Virus record (IMG/VR): IMGVR_UViG_3300036786_000080
Coordinates: 1-45,916 of that record
Origin: a virus
Lineage: Duplodnaviria > Caudoviricetes
Length of the DNA: 45,916 nucleotides
Direction: 5' to 3' (one strand)
Shown here: positions 19,882 through 27,895 of the stretch, one piece after another
Numbering within the stretch: the first letter of the stretch is position 1
Layout of the letters: every line of letters begins with the position of its first letter
Position numbers and translations under genes: made by a program
The notes under the pieces: model-generated
What the model was told of the DNA's origin: nothing
Databases searched by the model: none
Seen by the model: only the letters and a program-made list of their open reading frames with translations

Positions 19882-20073
19882 TTACCTGGGACTGCAGTGC
19901 GGGCAGTCGACGATTTCCTGCGCTCCGTTGATGCCGGTGGGGTTGGCGAGGACGGCGCCGGTATTGCCGCACACCTCGCAACGACGTCGCACAGGTCTAG
20001 CTTCATGGGTGTTTCGCCTGGCCGGCGCAGATTTGGCCAGCGCTCGCGCGTCCTCTCGATCGATCACGATCAT
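19882..20073 (-). CDS. small Zn-finger-like protein
   Basis: CEVC..G..CPHC; ATGA overlap. Confidence 0.5.
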   Translation of the reverse strand: MIVIDREDARALAKSAPARRNTHEARPVRRRCEVCGNTGAVLANPTGINGAQEIVDCPHCSPR

Positions 20074-20276
20074 CTCTTGCCTCCGGTCGCTTTGTGGCGT
20101 CCGATTCTTTCGCCCATTTCGATCAGCTCGACGGCGGTCACGTCCTGTGTTCCGCGCAGCTTCGGGCTAATGGTCGCGCGGTGGCGATCGACGAGCGTGG
20201 CGACTTGCTCGACGGTCACACCGGTCGCGCGCAGCCAGCCTTGCACTTCCATCGCCTGATCGCTAGGTATTCGCAC
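20070..20276 (-). CDS. hypothetical protein
   Basis: AAGGAG RBS; follows cro-like gene. Confidence 0.55.
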   Translation of the reverse strand: MRIPSDQAMEVQGWLRATGVTVEQVATLVDRHRATISPKLRGTQDVTAVELIEMGERIGRHKATGGKR

Positions 20277-20490
20277 CTGCTTCGGCTCCTTTCTCCGCCC
20301 GGAATCGCACGATCCATCCGTAGACCGTGGAGGACGATATGGTTTCTCCGAGCTTTTCCGAAAGCTCGTCGGCCAGATCGCTGACGCGTGCGCCTGAATC
20401 GATCCGACCGAGCAGGTAAGGTGCGAGGCCGCCGTGCTTGCTGTAGATCTTGTTCAAGGCGAGCACTCGCCTGGGCGCGTCGCGCAGCAT
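20263..20490 (-). CDS. Cro-like HTH regulator
   Basis: 'VSDLADELSEKLGETISSSTVYGW' HTH; first gene divergent from repressor; GGAGG RBS. Confidence 0.65.
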   Translation of the reverse strand: MLRDAPRRVLALNKIYSKHGGLAPYLLGRIDSGARVSDLADELSEKLGETISSSTVYGWIVRFRAEKGAEAGANT

Positions 20491-20537
20491 TTGCACCTCC
20501 ATGGATGGTGTAGGACACCCTGCCACCACTGCAATTC

Positions 20538-20566
20538 ATTGTAATAGCTGGCCGGGTTTCTGTCAA
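20538..20566 (-). promoter_or_regulatory. sigma70-type lytic promoter
   Basis: TTGACA-N17-TACAAT on minus strand. Confidence 0.85.
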
Positions 20567-20641
20567 CAGTTTTTTACAGTTTTTTCCAAATAATTCCAGA
20601 AATTTACAATTCTAGCCGTGCGGACATTGCATAATTGCGCT

Positions 20642-21310
20642 ATGGTTGGAGCGTACAACAACGCATTTGGCGAATGGCTGCGCGAGCTGATGGCTGCCCG
20701 GGGAATTACGTCCTCGAGGCAGATGAGAATCAAGACCGGACTGTCACACACGACGATCGACGACATCATCCACGGCGCCAGGCCGGCGGTCGGCACGGCG
20801 ATCATTATCGCGAGCAAGTTCCACGAGCCGATCACGGACGCGCTGCGGCTGGCCGGCTATGACGACATCGCGGCGCAGATCGAGGCGGGCAACACGCAGT
20901 CGGTGAAAGAAGCCGGGCAGGCCTATGAGATTGAGTCTGGCAGGGACAATTTGCGCCGGCGCACGCAGATTGGGCAGAGGATTCTGTCACGACTGCTCGA
21001 GCTGGAGATGACGCAGACGGAGCTTGGTAGGGCGATCGGGAAGTCGCAGCCCAATATTTCGGGCTACATCGATGGCCGAATCGCGCTGGATGCCGTGGAC
21101 CTGGAGCGAATCGCGAAGGCGCTGCAGATTTCGGTCGCAGACCTCTATGGGGTGGATCCGAGCGACCCGGAGGATGGCAACACGCCGCGGCTGATGGCGT
21201 TGTATCGCGAGCTGCCGGATGACGCGCAGCAGGAGCTGATCGACATCGCAGAGGCGATCTGGAAACGCCGGCGCCGGAGGGAAAAAGTTCACGGTCGCAA
21301 GGCGGTATGA
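20642..21310 (+). CDS. CI-like repressor with two XRE-type HTH domains
   Basis: HTH1 'SSRQMRIKTGLSHTTIDDI', HTH2 'MTQTELGRAIGKSQPNISGY'; no S24 peptidase. Confidence 0.85.
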   Translation: MVGAYNNAFGEWLRELMAARGITSSRQMRIKTGLSHTTIDDIIHGARPAVGTAIIIASKFHEPITDALRLAGYDDIAAQIEAGNTQSVKEAGQAYEIESGRDNLRRRTQIGQRILSRLLELEMTQTELGRAIGKSQPNISGYIDGRIALDAVDLERIAKALQISVADLYGVDPSDPEDGNTPRLMALYRELPDDAQQELIDIAEAIWKRRRRREKVHGRKAV

Positions 21311-21386
21311 AAAGCTGGTAATTGTCGGGACGCTCGCAACCCTTTGAATGCTGTACGATTATCAGCAACATTCAAAGGAGGCGACC

Positions 21387-21770
21387 ATGGGACGAAATTG
21401 GCGGCGTGAAGTTGCGAGGCTGTGCGTGGGCTTACTGCGTTCGGCGAATTACGGCCGGCTGCCGGGCGTGTGTGTTGCGGACTGGCGGGAGATCGCGCGG
21501 CGCTTCGGGGTGGCGCTGCACGTGACGACGCGGCCCGGGCCGCCTGGCGCGGTGATTCTGGACGATGTGATTGTGGTGCGGTCGCGGTCCACGGACCGGC
21601 AGACTTGCGCGGCGATCGCGCATGAGCTCACCGAGCTGCTGCTCACGACGGAGGTGGAGGCGCCTTACTGTCATCCCGTGTCGTGGTGTGTTTCGCAGAG
21701 TGAGGAGAGGCATCTGGTGGCGCGGGAGGTGGAGTCGCAGTTGGGCCTGCGTCGCGGTTTTGCTCATTGA
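21387..21770 (+). CDS. ImmA/IrrE-like metallopeptidase-fold protein (variant motif)
   Basis: Between repressor and attP; 'IARRFGV', 'AIAHELTELL'; AAGGAGG RBS. Confidence 0.6.
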   Translation: MGRNWRREVARLCVGLLRSANYGRLPGVCVADWREIARRFGVALHVTTRPGPPGAVILDDVIVVRSRSTDRQTCAAIAHELTELLLTTEVEAPYCHPVSWCVSQSEERHLVAREVESQLGLRRGFAH

Positions 21771-21813
21771 GTTCAGCGCGACTGCGTTTGCATTTTGGGC
21801 TTACGGCGTGCTA

Positions 21814-21938
21814 TTTTGAGATCGAGACCCGCTGAAACGTAGATGCGCTATCTCTTAATCAGCGGGCCGCAGGTTCAAGTCCTGCACGACCCATCATTTG
21901 GGCGAATTGATCTCAAAACGGCGGCTGTGATCTCAAAA
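21814..21938. promoter_or_regulatory. putative integrase arm-type sites
   Basis: GATCTCAAAA at 21909 and 21929, inverted copy at 21814, flanking the att core. Confidence 0.6.
21852..21896 (+). other. attP core: 3' half of tRNA-Lys(CUU)
   Basis: CTCTTAATCAGCGGGCCGCAGGTTCAAGTCCTGCACGACCCA: anticodon loop, T-arm and 3' acceptor strand of tRNA-Lys; no 5' half; adjacent to integrase. Confidence 0.9.
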
Positions 21939-22073
21939 ACAGGTCACAGCCTTTTGTAAAAAACTGAATATTTATGTAATAAATTGTAAAATGTGCATCT
22001 CGCATACACGGGCACAGCGCTACCGCGTTACCGGTGCGCATGGGCTATTCTGAGGTAAAAGGAGGGTCGTCGC

Positions 22074-23105
22074 ATGGAACAGATCGATTGGGCGGATGCT
22101 GTCGAAGACCTGCTAATGTCTAAGTCTGGGAAGGCGCCTAGAACACGTCGGTATTACGAATGTCAACTAACGCAGCTGGTAGTCTGGTCGGATGTACAGC
22201 AGATCGCGCTGCAGGACTTCACGCCGCGGCACTTTCGCGCGTATATGGCGAAGCGCGCCGATGAGGTGAAGGCGTCGACGCTTTACCACGATGCTGTCTG
22301 CGCGAAGGTGTTTTTCCGATTTTGTCGGAAGAACAAATACACCGCAAAAGATCCGTTGGCTGACTTTGAGTTCCCAAAGCCCAAGAAGCCAAACATTCCC
22401 CTACCCTCGGTAAAGCAGATCCAGGACTTGCTCGCTGCCATCGATCGCAAGTGGGATATCCGGCGTAATCCTGAGATCCGTTGGCAGGATAAGGAGTTCA
22501 GGGGATTCTTTCGCGACCGAGACTACGCGATCGCATGTTTGCTGGTTGAGATCGGCTGCCGAATCGACGAGGGTCTCCGGATCAAGCTCGCGGATGTTGT
22601 GATCGAGGGTGAATCAGGAACGATCACTTTGCGGGACACAAAGGGCGGAAACGACCGGCAGGTCCCGATTGGACCGACGTTTATCGCTGCATCCGCGCCT
22701 TGGATGAAAACGCGCGTCCGGTTGGAGAAGGCGAGCCAGGCCAGAGTCGCGCGCGGCGAGTCACCCACGGTCGGCGACTCGCTTTTTCTCACTCGGTATG
22801 GTGACGTGATGTCGCCGTCGAGTTTCGCAAAATCCTGGAGGTTGTATCTAAAGTGGGCGGGAATCGAAAGATTCACCAGGCACCAGGTGCGACACTTTAC
22901 GCTCACGCAGGTCGTGAGGAAGAATCCACGGTCGGCGCAGCTGCTGGCCGGCCATGCGGATATTTCGACCACCATCAAGAACTACGACCATACGCATTTA
23001 GATGATGTGCGAGCGGATCACACGGTCGTAAACCCGCTGGGGGCGCTGCTGATTAACAAGCGGTCGGCGGCCGCAAAGAAGCCGCGGCTGGATCTGAAGG
23101 GGTAG
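22074..23105 (+). CDS. int: tyrosine integrase/recombinase
   Basis: Catalytic set GCRIDE, TKGG, HQVR, AGHAD, NY; AAGGAGG RBS. Confidence 0.93.
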   Translation: MEQIDWADAVEDLLMSKSGKAPRTRRYYECQLTQLVVWSDVQQIALQDFTPRHFRAYMAKRADEVKASTLYHDAVCAKVFFRFCRKNKYTAKDPLADFEFPKPKKPNIPLPSVKQIQDLLAAIDRKWDIRRNPEIRWQDKEFRGFFRDRDYAIACLLVEIGCRIDEGLRIKLADVVIEGESGTITLRDTKGGNDRQVPIGPTFIAASAPWMKTRVRLEKASQARVARGESPTVGDSLFLTRYGDVMSPSSFAKSWRLYLKWAGIERFTRHQVRHFTLTQVVRKNPRSAQLLAGHADISTTIKNYDHTHLDDVRADHTVVNPLGALLINKRSAAAKKPRLDLKG

Positions 23106-23118
23106 GAGCTTAGTTCGC

Positions 23119-23187
23119 GCCCCTGCCAGTGGACCTGGGCCCTGATTTCGAAGTCCGGGAGCGTCAGTTCAATTCTGACCGGGGGCG
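23119..23187 (+). ncRNA. tRNA-like RNA, copy 1 (non-canonical)
   Basis: 7-bp acceptor GCCCCTG/CGGGGGC; D-like CCAG-TGGAC-CTGG; 20-nt third arm; T-arm GTCAG-TTCAATT-CTGAC. Confidence 0.65.
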
Positions 23188-23203
23188 AACTAAATAGGCA
23201 CGC

Positions 23204-23273
23204 GCCCCCGCCAGTGGACCTGGCCCCGAGAGTCGCATTTTGGGAAGCGTCAGTTCAATTCTGACCGGGGGCG
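23204..23273 (+). ncRNA. tRNA-like RNA, copy 2 (non-canonical)
   Basis: Acceptor GCCCCCG/CGGGGGC; identical D-like and T arms; diverged but still pairing third arm. Confidence 0.65.
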
Positions 23274-23352
23274 AACCTATCCTGTTATACCATTCGAGAG
23301 GTAGGAACTGTGCCGAAAATTGTAAGAAACTGTAAATTATTGGAAAGTATGT

Positions 23353-23388
23353 GCCAAACGACATTGAAGGCTCTCAATGTCGTTTGGC
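23353..23388. terminator. perfect 15-bp hairpin between convergent units
   Basis: GCCAAACGACATTGA-AGGCTC-TCAATGTCGTTTGGC; no clear U-tract. Confidence 0.55.
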
Positions 23389-23422
23389 TGGCAGGCACAT
23401 CCTTTCCCTGCGCCTACGGTGG

Positions 23423-23791
23423 TTACTGGACCGGGCCGGCCGGCCACTCGGCGCGCATAATGCCTCCGCCGAGCGATATCCGCGCCTGGACGCCTTCGGG
23501 CAGCGGGCCGGGAAGATCGACGTCGTACGCGATGGCCTGCAGGATCTGCATGGCGATGTGCGCTTCGATATAGCCGTGGAGGGCCGCGATGCTTTTGTCG
23601 TAGGCTCTCTCGGCGGCTTCCGTGTATCGAGCGCGGCGCGCTAAGGGCAGGTTGAGGTCTTCCGCTCCCCAACCGAACTCGTGGCTGCTCTGCTCGACTC
23701 CGTTGAGGAGGGCAGTGAAGGTCTCATCTTCCGCGAGCGTACTGATTTTGGTCACTCGGAACATGGCGGGTTCGATGCGTTTGCGTCGCAT
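23423..23791 (-). CDS. hypothetical protein
   Basis: AGGAG RBS. Confidence 0.6.
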   Translation of the reverse strand: MRRKRIEPAMFRVTKISTLAEDETFTALLNGVEQSSHEFGWGAEDLNLPLARRARYTEAAERAYDKSIAALHGYIEAHIAMQILQAIAYDVDLPGPLPEGVQARISLGGGIMRAEWPAGPVQ

Positions 23792-23875
23792 GGGTTTCTC
23801 CTGGCTTGAATGGGAGTTGATGGGAATCATGGGAATGATGGGCGCCTGGTGGTGGCCGGGCGCCCTGTTCTTGTG

Positions 23876-24403
23876 TCAGGCGGCCGCCTCTGCTAGCGGG
23901 CAGCGATCGCCGTGGCGCTTGCCCGCGGGCGCATGGCAGTCCGGGCAGGTTTCGCCGCTTGTGTTGATTACAGCGGCGGGCGCTCTTGTGGACCGGGTGG
24001 ACGCTGTGGACCTTGTGGACTGGGTGGACCGCGCTGCAGCCGGGCGCTCCTGCTGCTCATCGTCGCCGGGCAACTCCTCGAATGCCGCCATGCCGATGTT
24101 TACGGCGTCTCGCATGGCTCTTGCTTTGGCTCGAGTCTCGGCCATTCGGAGCAGACAGGTTTGCATTGCGGGCGCTACGTTGTTCGGCGCCGCATCGCCG
24201 ATGCCTGTGAAAGTGCGCTGTACGCCATCTCGTTCGATTGTGACCTTCGCTCCGCAGATGGCGGTGTAGCTGTTATCCGGACCTGGTATCTGGACAATCT
24301 CAGTCGCGATCGACTTCAAGCCCTGCTGTGTGGCGAGGTCCAGCAGGCCGGCATAGAGGCAGAAGGTTCGGCCCTGGCGCTCGACTAGGAATTCTTTTCT
24401 CAT
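23876..24403 (-). CDS. putative single-strand annealing (Rad52/Sak-like) recombination protein
   Basis: 'FTGIGDA...MAETRAKARAMRDAVNIG' resembles Rad52-type SSAP helix; disordered tail. Confidence 0.5.
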   Translation of the reverse strand: MRKEFLVERQGRTFCLYAGLLDLATQQGLKSIATEIVQIPGPDNSYTAICGAKVTIERDGVQRTFTGIGDAAPNNVAPAMQTCLLRMAETRAKARAMRDAVNIGMAAFEELPGDDEQQERPAAARSTQSTRSTASTRSTRAPAAVINTSGETCPDCHAPAGKRHGDRCPLAEAAA

Positions 24404-24449
24404 GGTGGTCTCCAGATTCTTATCCGCAGATTTCGCAGATGGACACAGA

Positions 24450-24704
24450 TTAAAGCATTGGCTCGTTGAGGCGATAGCGGATGTCGTCGATTTCCTTTGC
24501 CCGCTTTGCGATGAGATCGTCATGTCTCTTTACATCCGCCTCGACCGAATCGAGGCGGTCTTGCAGGCTCGTAAGGAGTCGGTCGACGCCCTCCACGGCG
24601 TTGAGCAGCTCTGCGCGGCAATCGTCTTGTAGGCAGCCAGACTTCGTATTCTCGAAGGTATTCTCCAGGATCTCGTAGAGGTATTGGCATTCTGAATTAT
24701 TCAT
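24450..24704 (-). CDS. coiled-coil hypothetical protein
   Basis: GAGGAG RBS. Confidence 0.55.
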   Translation of the reverse strand: MNNSECQYLYEILENTFENTKSGCLQDDCRAELLNAVEGVDRLLTSLQDRLDSVEADVKRHDDLIAKRAKEIDDIRYRLNEPML

Positions 24705-24762
24705 AGCTCAAACTCCTCGGAATGGGAATGATTGGAAATATGGGAATCATGGGACGCTGGAT

Positions 24763-25284
24763 TTAATCTCTGCTCCGGGCGTCTTCGGCGGTCTGGAGAT
24801 CGTCGGTTTGCTGCTGGTAGAGAGCGGATGCCAGCTCATCTTCGGCGCCGGTGCAGCTCGTCCGGGCTTCTGCGATCCGGAGGGCGAATACCGCTTCGTC
24901 GCAGTCCGTGCAGAGGCAGGTGGTTTTCGTCACTTCGCCGAAACGGTTGCGGATTTTCCCGATGTGCGCTCCGGTTTCGGCGGTCAGCTCGCGGCGGCAG
25001 CGATCGCACATCGGCGTCCAGTGGCAGGGCCGCAGGGCGCGGACCGTGTACAGGTCGGAGGTGGCGGCCAGGTTCGACAGGTCGGGCCGGAATGAAACTC
25101 CAAGCGGCGCGATGACGCGCCCGGATCGGTCGAGGATGCAGCTGCTCTTGCAGCGCCGGGCGGCGGTGGCGGCTTCGATCATTTCGTGTGCCTCGGTGAG
25201 TGTGGCGATTTCGCGCCGGGTTGTCTCGCCCCTGGACAGGATGGAGACTGTGTAGGGAGCGGCGGTGTCGATGTTGGTGGTCAT
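24763..25284 (-). CDS. hypothetical protein with Cys pairs
   Basis: ATGA overlap with upstream gene. Confidence 0.55.
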   Translation of the reverse strand: MTTNIDTAAPYTVSILSRGETTRREIATLTEAHEMIEAATAARRCKSSCILDRSGRVIAPLGVSFRPDLSNLAATSDLYTVRALRPCHWTPMCDRCRRELTAETGAHIGKIRNRFGEVTKTTCLCTDCDEAVFALRIAEARTSCTGAEDELASALYQQQTDDLQTAEDARSRD

Positions 25285-25646
25285 TCTGCTACCTCGCGAG
25301 CGAGTTCGGTGAGATAGAGGTCTTCGATGGCGCAGGATTCGTGGCAGTGGCCGCCACCGGAGAAGCGGACGAGGTCGCCGACTTCCGCGCCCTGGTCGCA
25401 GAACGCGCAGATCGGAGGGGCTTCGAGGGTTTCGATCGGCGGCGCTGGCTTGTGGGTCAGATGATTAGCGATGCACTTCTGTTGCCAATCGATGCGGTCT
25501 TGCGCGGCGCCCTGGAGGCGGAGGGTGACCATGTATTGCTGCATGGACTGGAGGTTCTCTTCCCAGGTGGCCTCTCGGACGGTGCCGCGATGATGGCCGC
25601 GATAGTCGTGGGATCGATAACGGCGGGTTGAAATTGTTTGTGGCAT
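25281..25646 (-). CDS. hypothetical protein (CxxC...HCHxxC)
   Basis: AGGAG RBS, first gene after strong promoter. Confidence 0.6.
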   Translation of the reverse strand: MPQTISTRRYRSHDYRGHHRGTVREATWEENLQSMQQYMVTLRLQGAAQDRIDWQQKCIANHLTHKPAPPIETLEAPPICAFCDQGAEVGDLVRFSGGGHCHESCAIEDLYLTELAREVAE

Positions 25647-25682
25647 TGCGTGTCTCCTATATTAGTATTCACTCGATACTTA

Positions 25683-25711
25683 ATTCTATCATAGAGTTAG
25701 TATCTTGTCAA
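25683..25711 (-). promoter_or_regulatory. sigma70-type promoter
   Basis: TTGACA-N17-TAGAAT on minus strand. Confidence 0.85.
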
Positions 25712-25734
25712 TACCAATTAGGAAATATTTTGTA

Positions 25735-25763
25735 TTGACGCGGGACTTTTTTTGAGATATACT
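25735..25763 (+). promoter_or_regulatory. sigma70-type promoter
   Basis: TTGACG-N17-TATACT. Confidence 0.85.
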
Positions 25764-25769
25764 TCAGCC

Positions 25770-26000
25770 ATGGAAAAAGGCGCATTCGAAGACCAGGATT
25801 TGATCACCGTACGTGAGGCTGCCAGCGAAGCGAGCGTGTCAACAGATGCCATTCGAAAGGCGATCTATCGTAAACAACTGCCTTCGCTACAAATTTATGG
25901 TCGGCTTCTCATAAAGCGTGAGGACTTCCATGCTTGGATGAACGATGAGAACTTGCGGAAGAAAGGGCCGAAGGGACCGCGCAAGGTGACGGCTGCGTAA
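25770..26000 (+). CDS. excisionase-family / MerR-like HTH protein
   Basis: 'LITVREAASEASVSTDAIRKAIYRKQLPS..GRLLIKREDF'. Confidence 0.8.
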   Translation: MEKGAFEDQDLITVREAASEASVSTDAIRKAIYRKQLPSLQIYGRLLIKREDFHAWMNDENLRKKGPKGPRKVTAA

Positions 26001-26083
26001 TCTTAAGCAAATCTTAAGCGACCAGGCTAGGAACGGTACGCGCATTGCAGAATCTCTCTCAATCAACTGTGGAGGATTTGCAG

Positions 26084-26935
26084 ATGCGCTATTTTATTGC
26101 CTTGCTTTTCGCGCTTGCTTGGTTGCCGGTGATGGCACAGACTCCAGTGATCGACGACCATCCGAGCGTAATTCTCGGCACGATCGATGAGTTTGATATT
26201 TTTCACCGCAATCCTGACCTCGGCCCGCTTGATCCCGTTGATTCGCAAACGGATGAGGTTGCGCCTCAACCAGGCACCGCTCATTACTACAATGTCGATG
26301 GCAGCGTCAATGGCTGGACAGATACTTCAGGTGCGCTTGCGGATACACACACCCAGCGGTGGTTAACCGAGAATCTGGTAGGATACGAACCGCTGACTTG
26401 GGTCGATGTGATCGGTCAGGATGTTTACTTCTCGCGAGCAGGTGACGACCAGCGCGCGCATTTGGCGTGGATCCAAGCGCCATCCACTGTTGAACCTGTG
26501 TACCGTATGGTCAATGGTTCATGGGTGGACCACGATTACAAATCAGTCGGTCCGTCGATCGCCACATCTCTGACGCGTTCTGTTCCGGTTGGTGATGTGA
26601 GCGGGTGGCATTCATTATCCGGCCGCGCCTTTATATGGACAGAGCATGGAGGCTACGGACCAGGGCCGGCCGATACGCGCAGAACTTACGATTACGCCAG
26701 GCCGGCAGGGGCGCCCAACGATCCGCACCTCTCAACTGGTTGGCTTGGACCAAAGGGCACAAGAGACATCCACGTACAGGACTACAACCGACGCACTCCA
26801 AGTGGGGAGTTAATACACGTTCACGGTCACTATCGAAGCGAGCATGACTCGAAAAAATCAAGCGGGAAGAGCAGCTCAGGCAAGCGCTCCTCATCGAGCC
26901 ACCGCTCTGGTAAGCCGGGTGGCAGAAGGAAATGA
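26084..26935 (+). CDS. secreted moron protein
   Basis: Signal peptide MRYFIALLFALAWLPVMA-Q; C-terminal 'YNRRTPSGELIHVHGHYRS' and Ser/Lys tail. Confidence 0.7.
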   Translation: MRYFIALLFALAWLPVMAQTPVIDDHPSVILGTIDEFDIFHRNPDLGPLDPVDSQTDEVAPQPGTAHYYNVDGSVNGWTDTSGALADTHTQRWLTENLVGYEPLTWVDVIGQDVYFSRAGDDQRAHLAWIQAPSTVEPVYRMVNGSWVDHDYKSVGPSIATSLTRSVPVGDVSGWHSLSGRAFIWTEHGGYGPGPADTRRTYDYARPAGAPNDPHLSTGWLGPKGTRDIHVQDYNRRTPSGELIHVHGHYRSEHDSKKSSGKSSSGKRSSSSHRSGKPGGRRK

Positions 26936-26945
26936 ATAACGCGCG

Positions 26946-26979
26946 AAAGCCCGGACCAGAGCGATCTGGTCCGGGCTTT
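26946..26979. terminator. bidirectional terminator
   Basis: AAAGCCCGGACCAGA-GCGA-TCTGGTCCGGGCTTT between convergent genes. Confidence 0.8.
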
Positions 26980-27040
26980 GCTTTGGGTGGCTGGTTTATA
27001 GGACGGATAGGACGGATAGGACCGATAGGACGGATAGGAC

Positions 27041-27577
27041 CTATATCTGCGGATTGGCGAGGAGGCGGATGTACTCTTCCTGCTTCTGGAGATCACTGGC
27101 CCAATGGTCTTGGCCGGAGATGCCAAGATAGCTTGCGACGCAGCGCCAGGCATCCACGGCGCCGGGGCAGAAGTAGACGCGCCAGCCGGCCTGCACCAAT
27201 CGCGCCGCCCATTCCTTCTGCTCCTTGGATGGCCGCCAGTCCTTCAGCTTCTTGACCTCGATGGCGAGGCCGCAGGCGTGAGTTCCGTCGCGATCGCGCC
27301 GGCCGATGGGTAGAAACACGTCGAAAACACCTCGAATCAAGCCTGCATCCTTCGCGCGGTCCAGCAGTGCCGGCGGAATGTAGATGCCGTTGAGCGTGCT
27401 GAACATCCAGCGTAGATCCGGATATTTTTCGAGAAATTGCAGGCGTCGATCGAACAACAACACCTGGTGGCGGTGTTCTTCGTCGAAGCGCTGCTTCCTC
27501 GGTGTGACTTCATCGGCTCCGCCCTCGAGGTTGAGCTGGTAGGCGCGCGCCTGGCGGCGGCTGGCTTTGAGGGGCAT
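27041..27577 (-). CDS. VRR-NUC nuclease
   Basis: 'GLIRGVFDVFL...IEVK...PSKEQKEW...L...GW'. Confidence 0.85.
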   Translation of the reverse strand: MPLKASRRQARAYQLNLEGGADEVTPRKQRFDEEHRHQVLLFDRRLQFLEKYPDLRWMFSTLNGIYIPPALLDRAKDAGLIRGVFDVFLPIGRRDRDGTHACGLAIEVKKLKDWRPSKEQKEWAARLVQAGWRVYFCPGAVDAWRCVASYLGISGQDHWASDLQKQEEYIRLLANPQI

Positions 27578-27885
27578 CAGGCGGCTGCGCGTCTTTCTGC
27601 CGATTTGGATCGATAGTGTCGCAGGTCGGCGAACTTCTCCCTCTGCCAATCGGAAGCCTCTATCACATCTTTCCTCTTTGCGAATTGGGCGCGCAGTCCT
27701 TCGTCCGGACGGCTTGTGCAGCTGATCAGAAACCGTGTTACTCCGACCTTCATGTAGTAATTACGAACAGCTTTCGGGCTAGGAAGGTCCGGCTCCCGGT
27801 CATAGAACGAGTCGACGGTGGAGATGCGGCGGCTGCGTGCGAGCGCTCTGCGGCGCTTCGCGAGGGTGCGGAATTGTGTGTTCAT
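27577..27885 (-). CDS. hypothetical protein
   Basis: AAAGGA RBS; TGATG coupling to VRR-NUC. Confidence 0.55.
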   Translation of the reverse strand: MNTQFRTLAKRRRALARSRRISTVDSFYDREPDLPSPKAVRNYYMKVGVTRFLISCTSRPDEGLRAQFAKRKDVIEASDWQREKFADLRHYRSKSAERRAAA

Positions 27886-27895
27886 GGAAATCCTT

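Noticed and set aside
21852-21896. Functional tRNA-Lys gene
   Set aside because: Only the anticodon loop to 3' end is present; no 5' acceptor strand or D-arm, so it is an att core
23111-23280. Mini CRISPR array or canonical tRNA genes
   Set aside because: Only two units, the variable part base-pairs internally, no cas genes; no 7-nt anticodon loop or U8/A9 linker
23164-23364. 66-aa minus-strand ORF over the tRNA-like pair
   Set aside because: No RBS or recognisable motif; better explained as structured RNA
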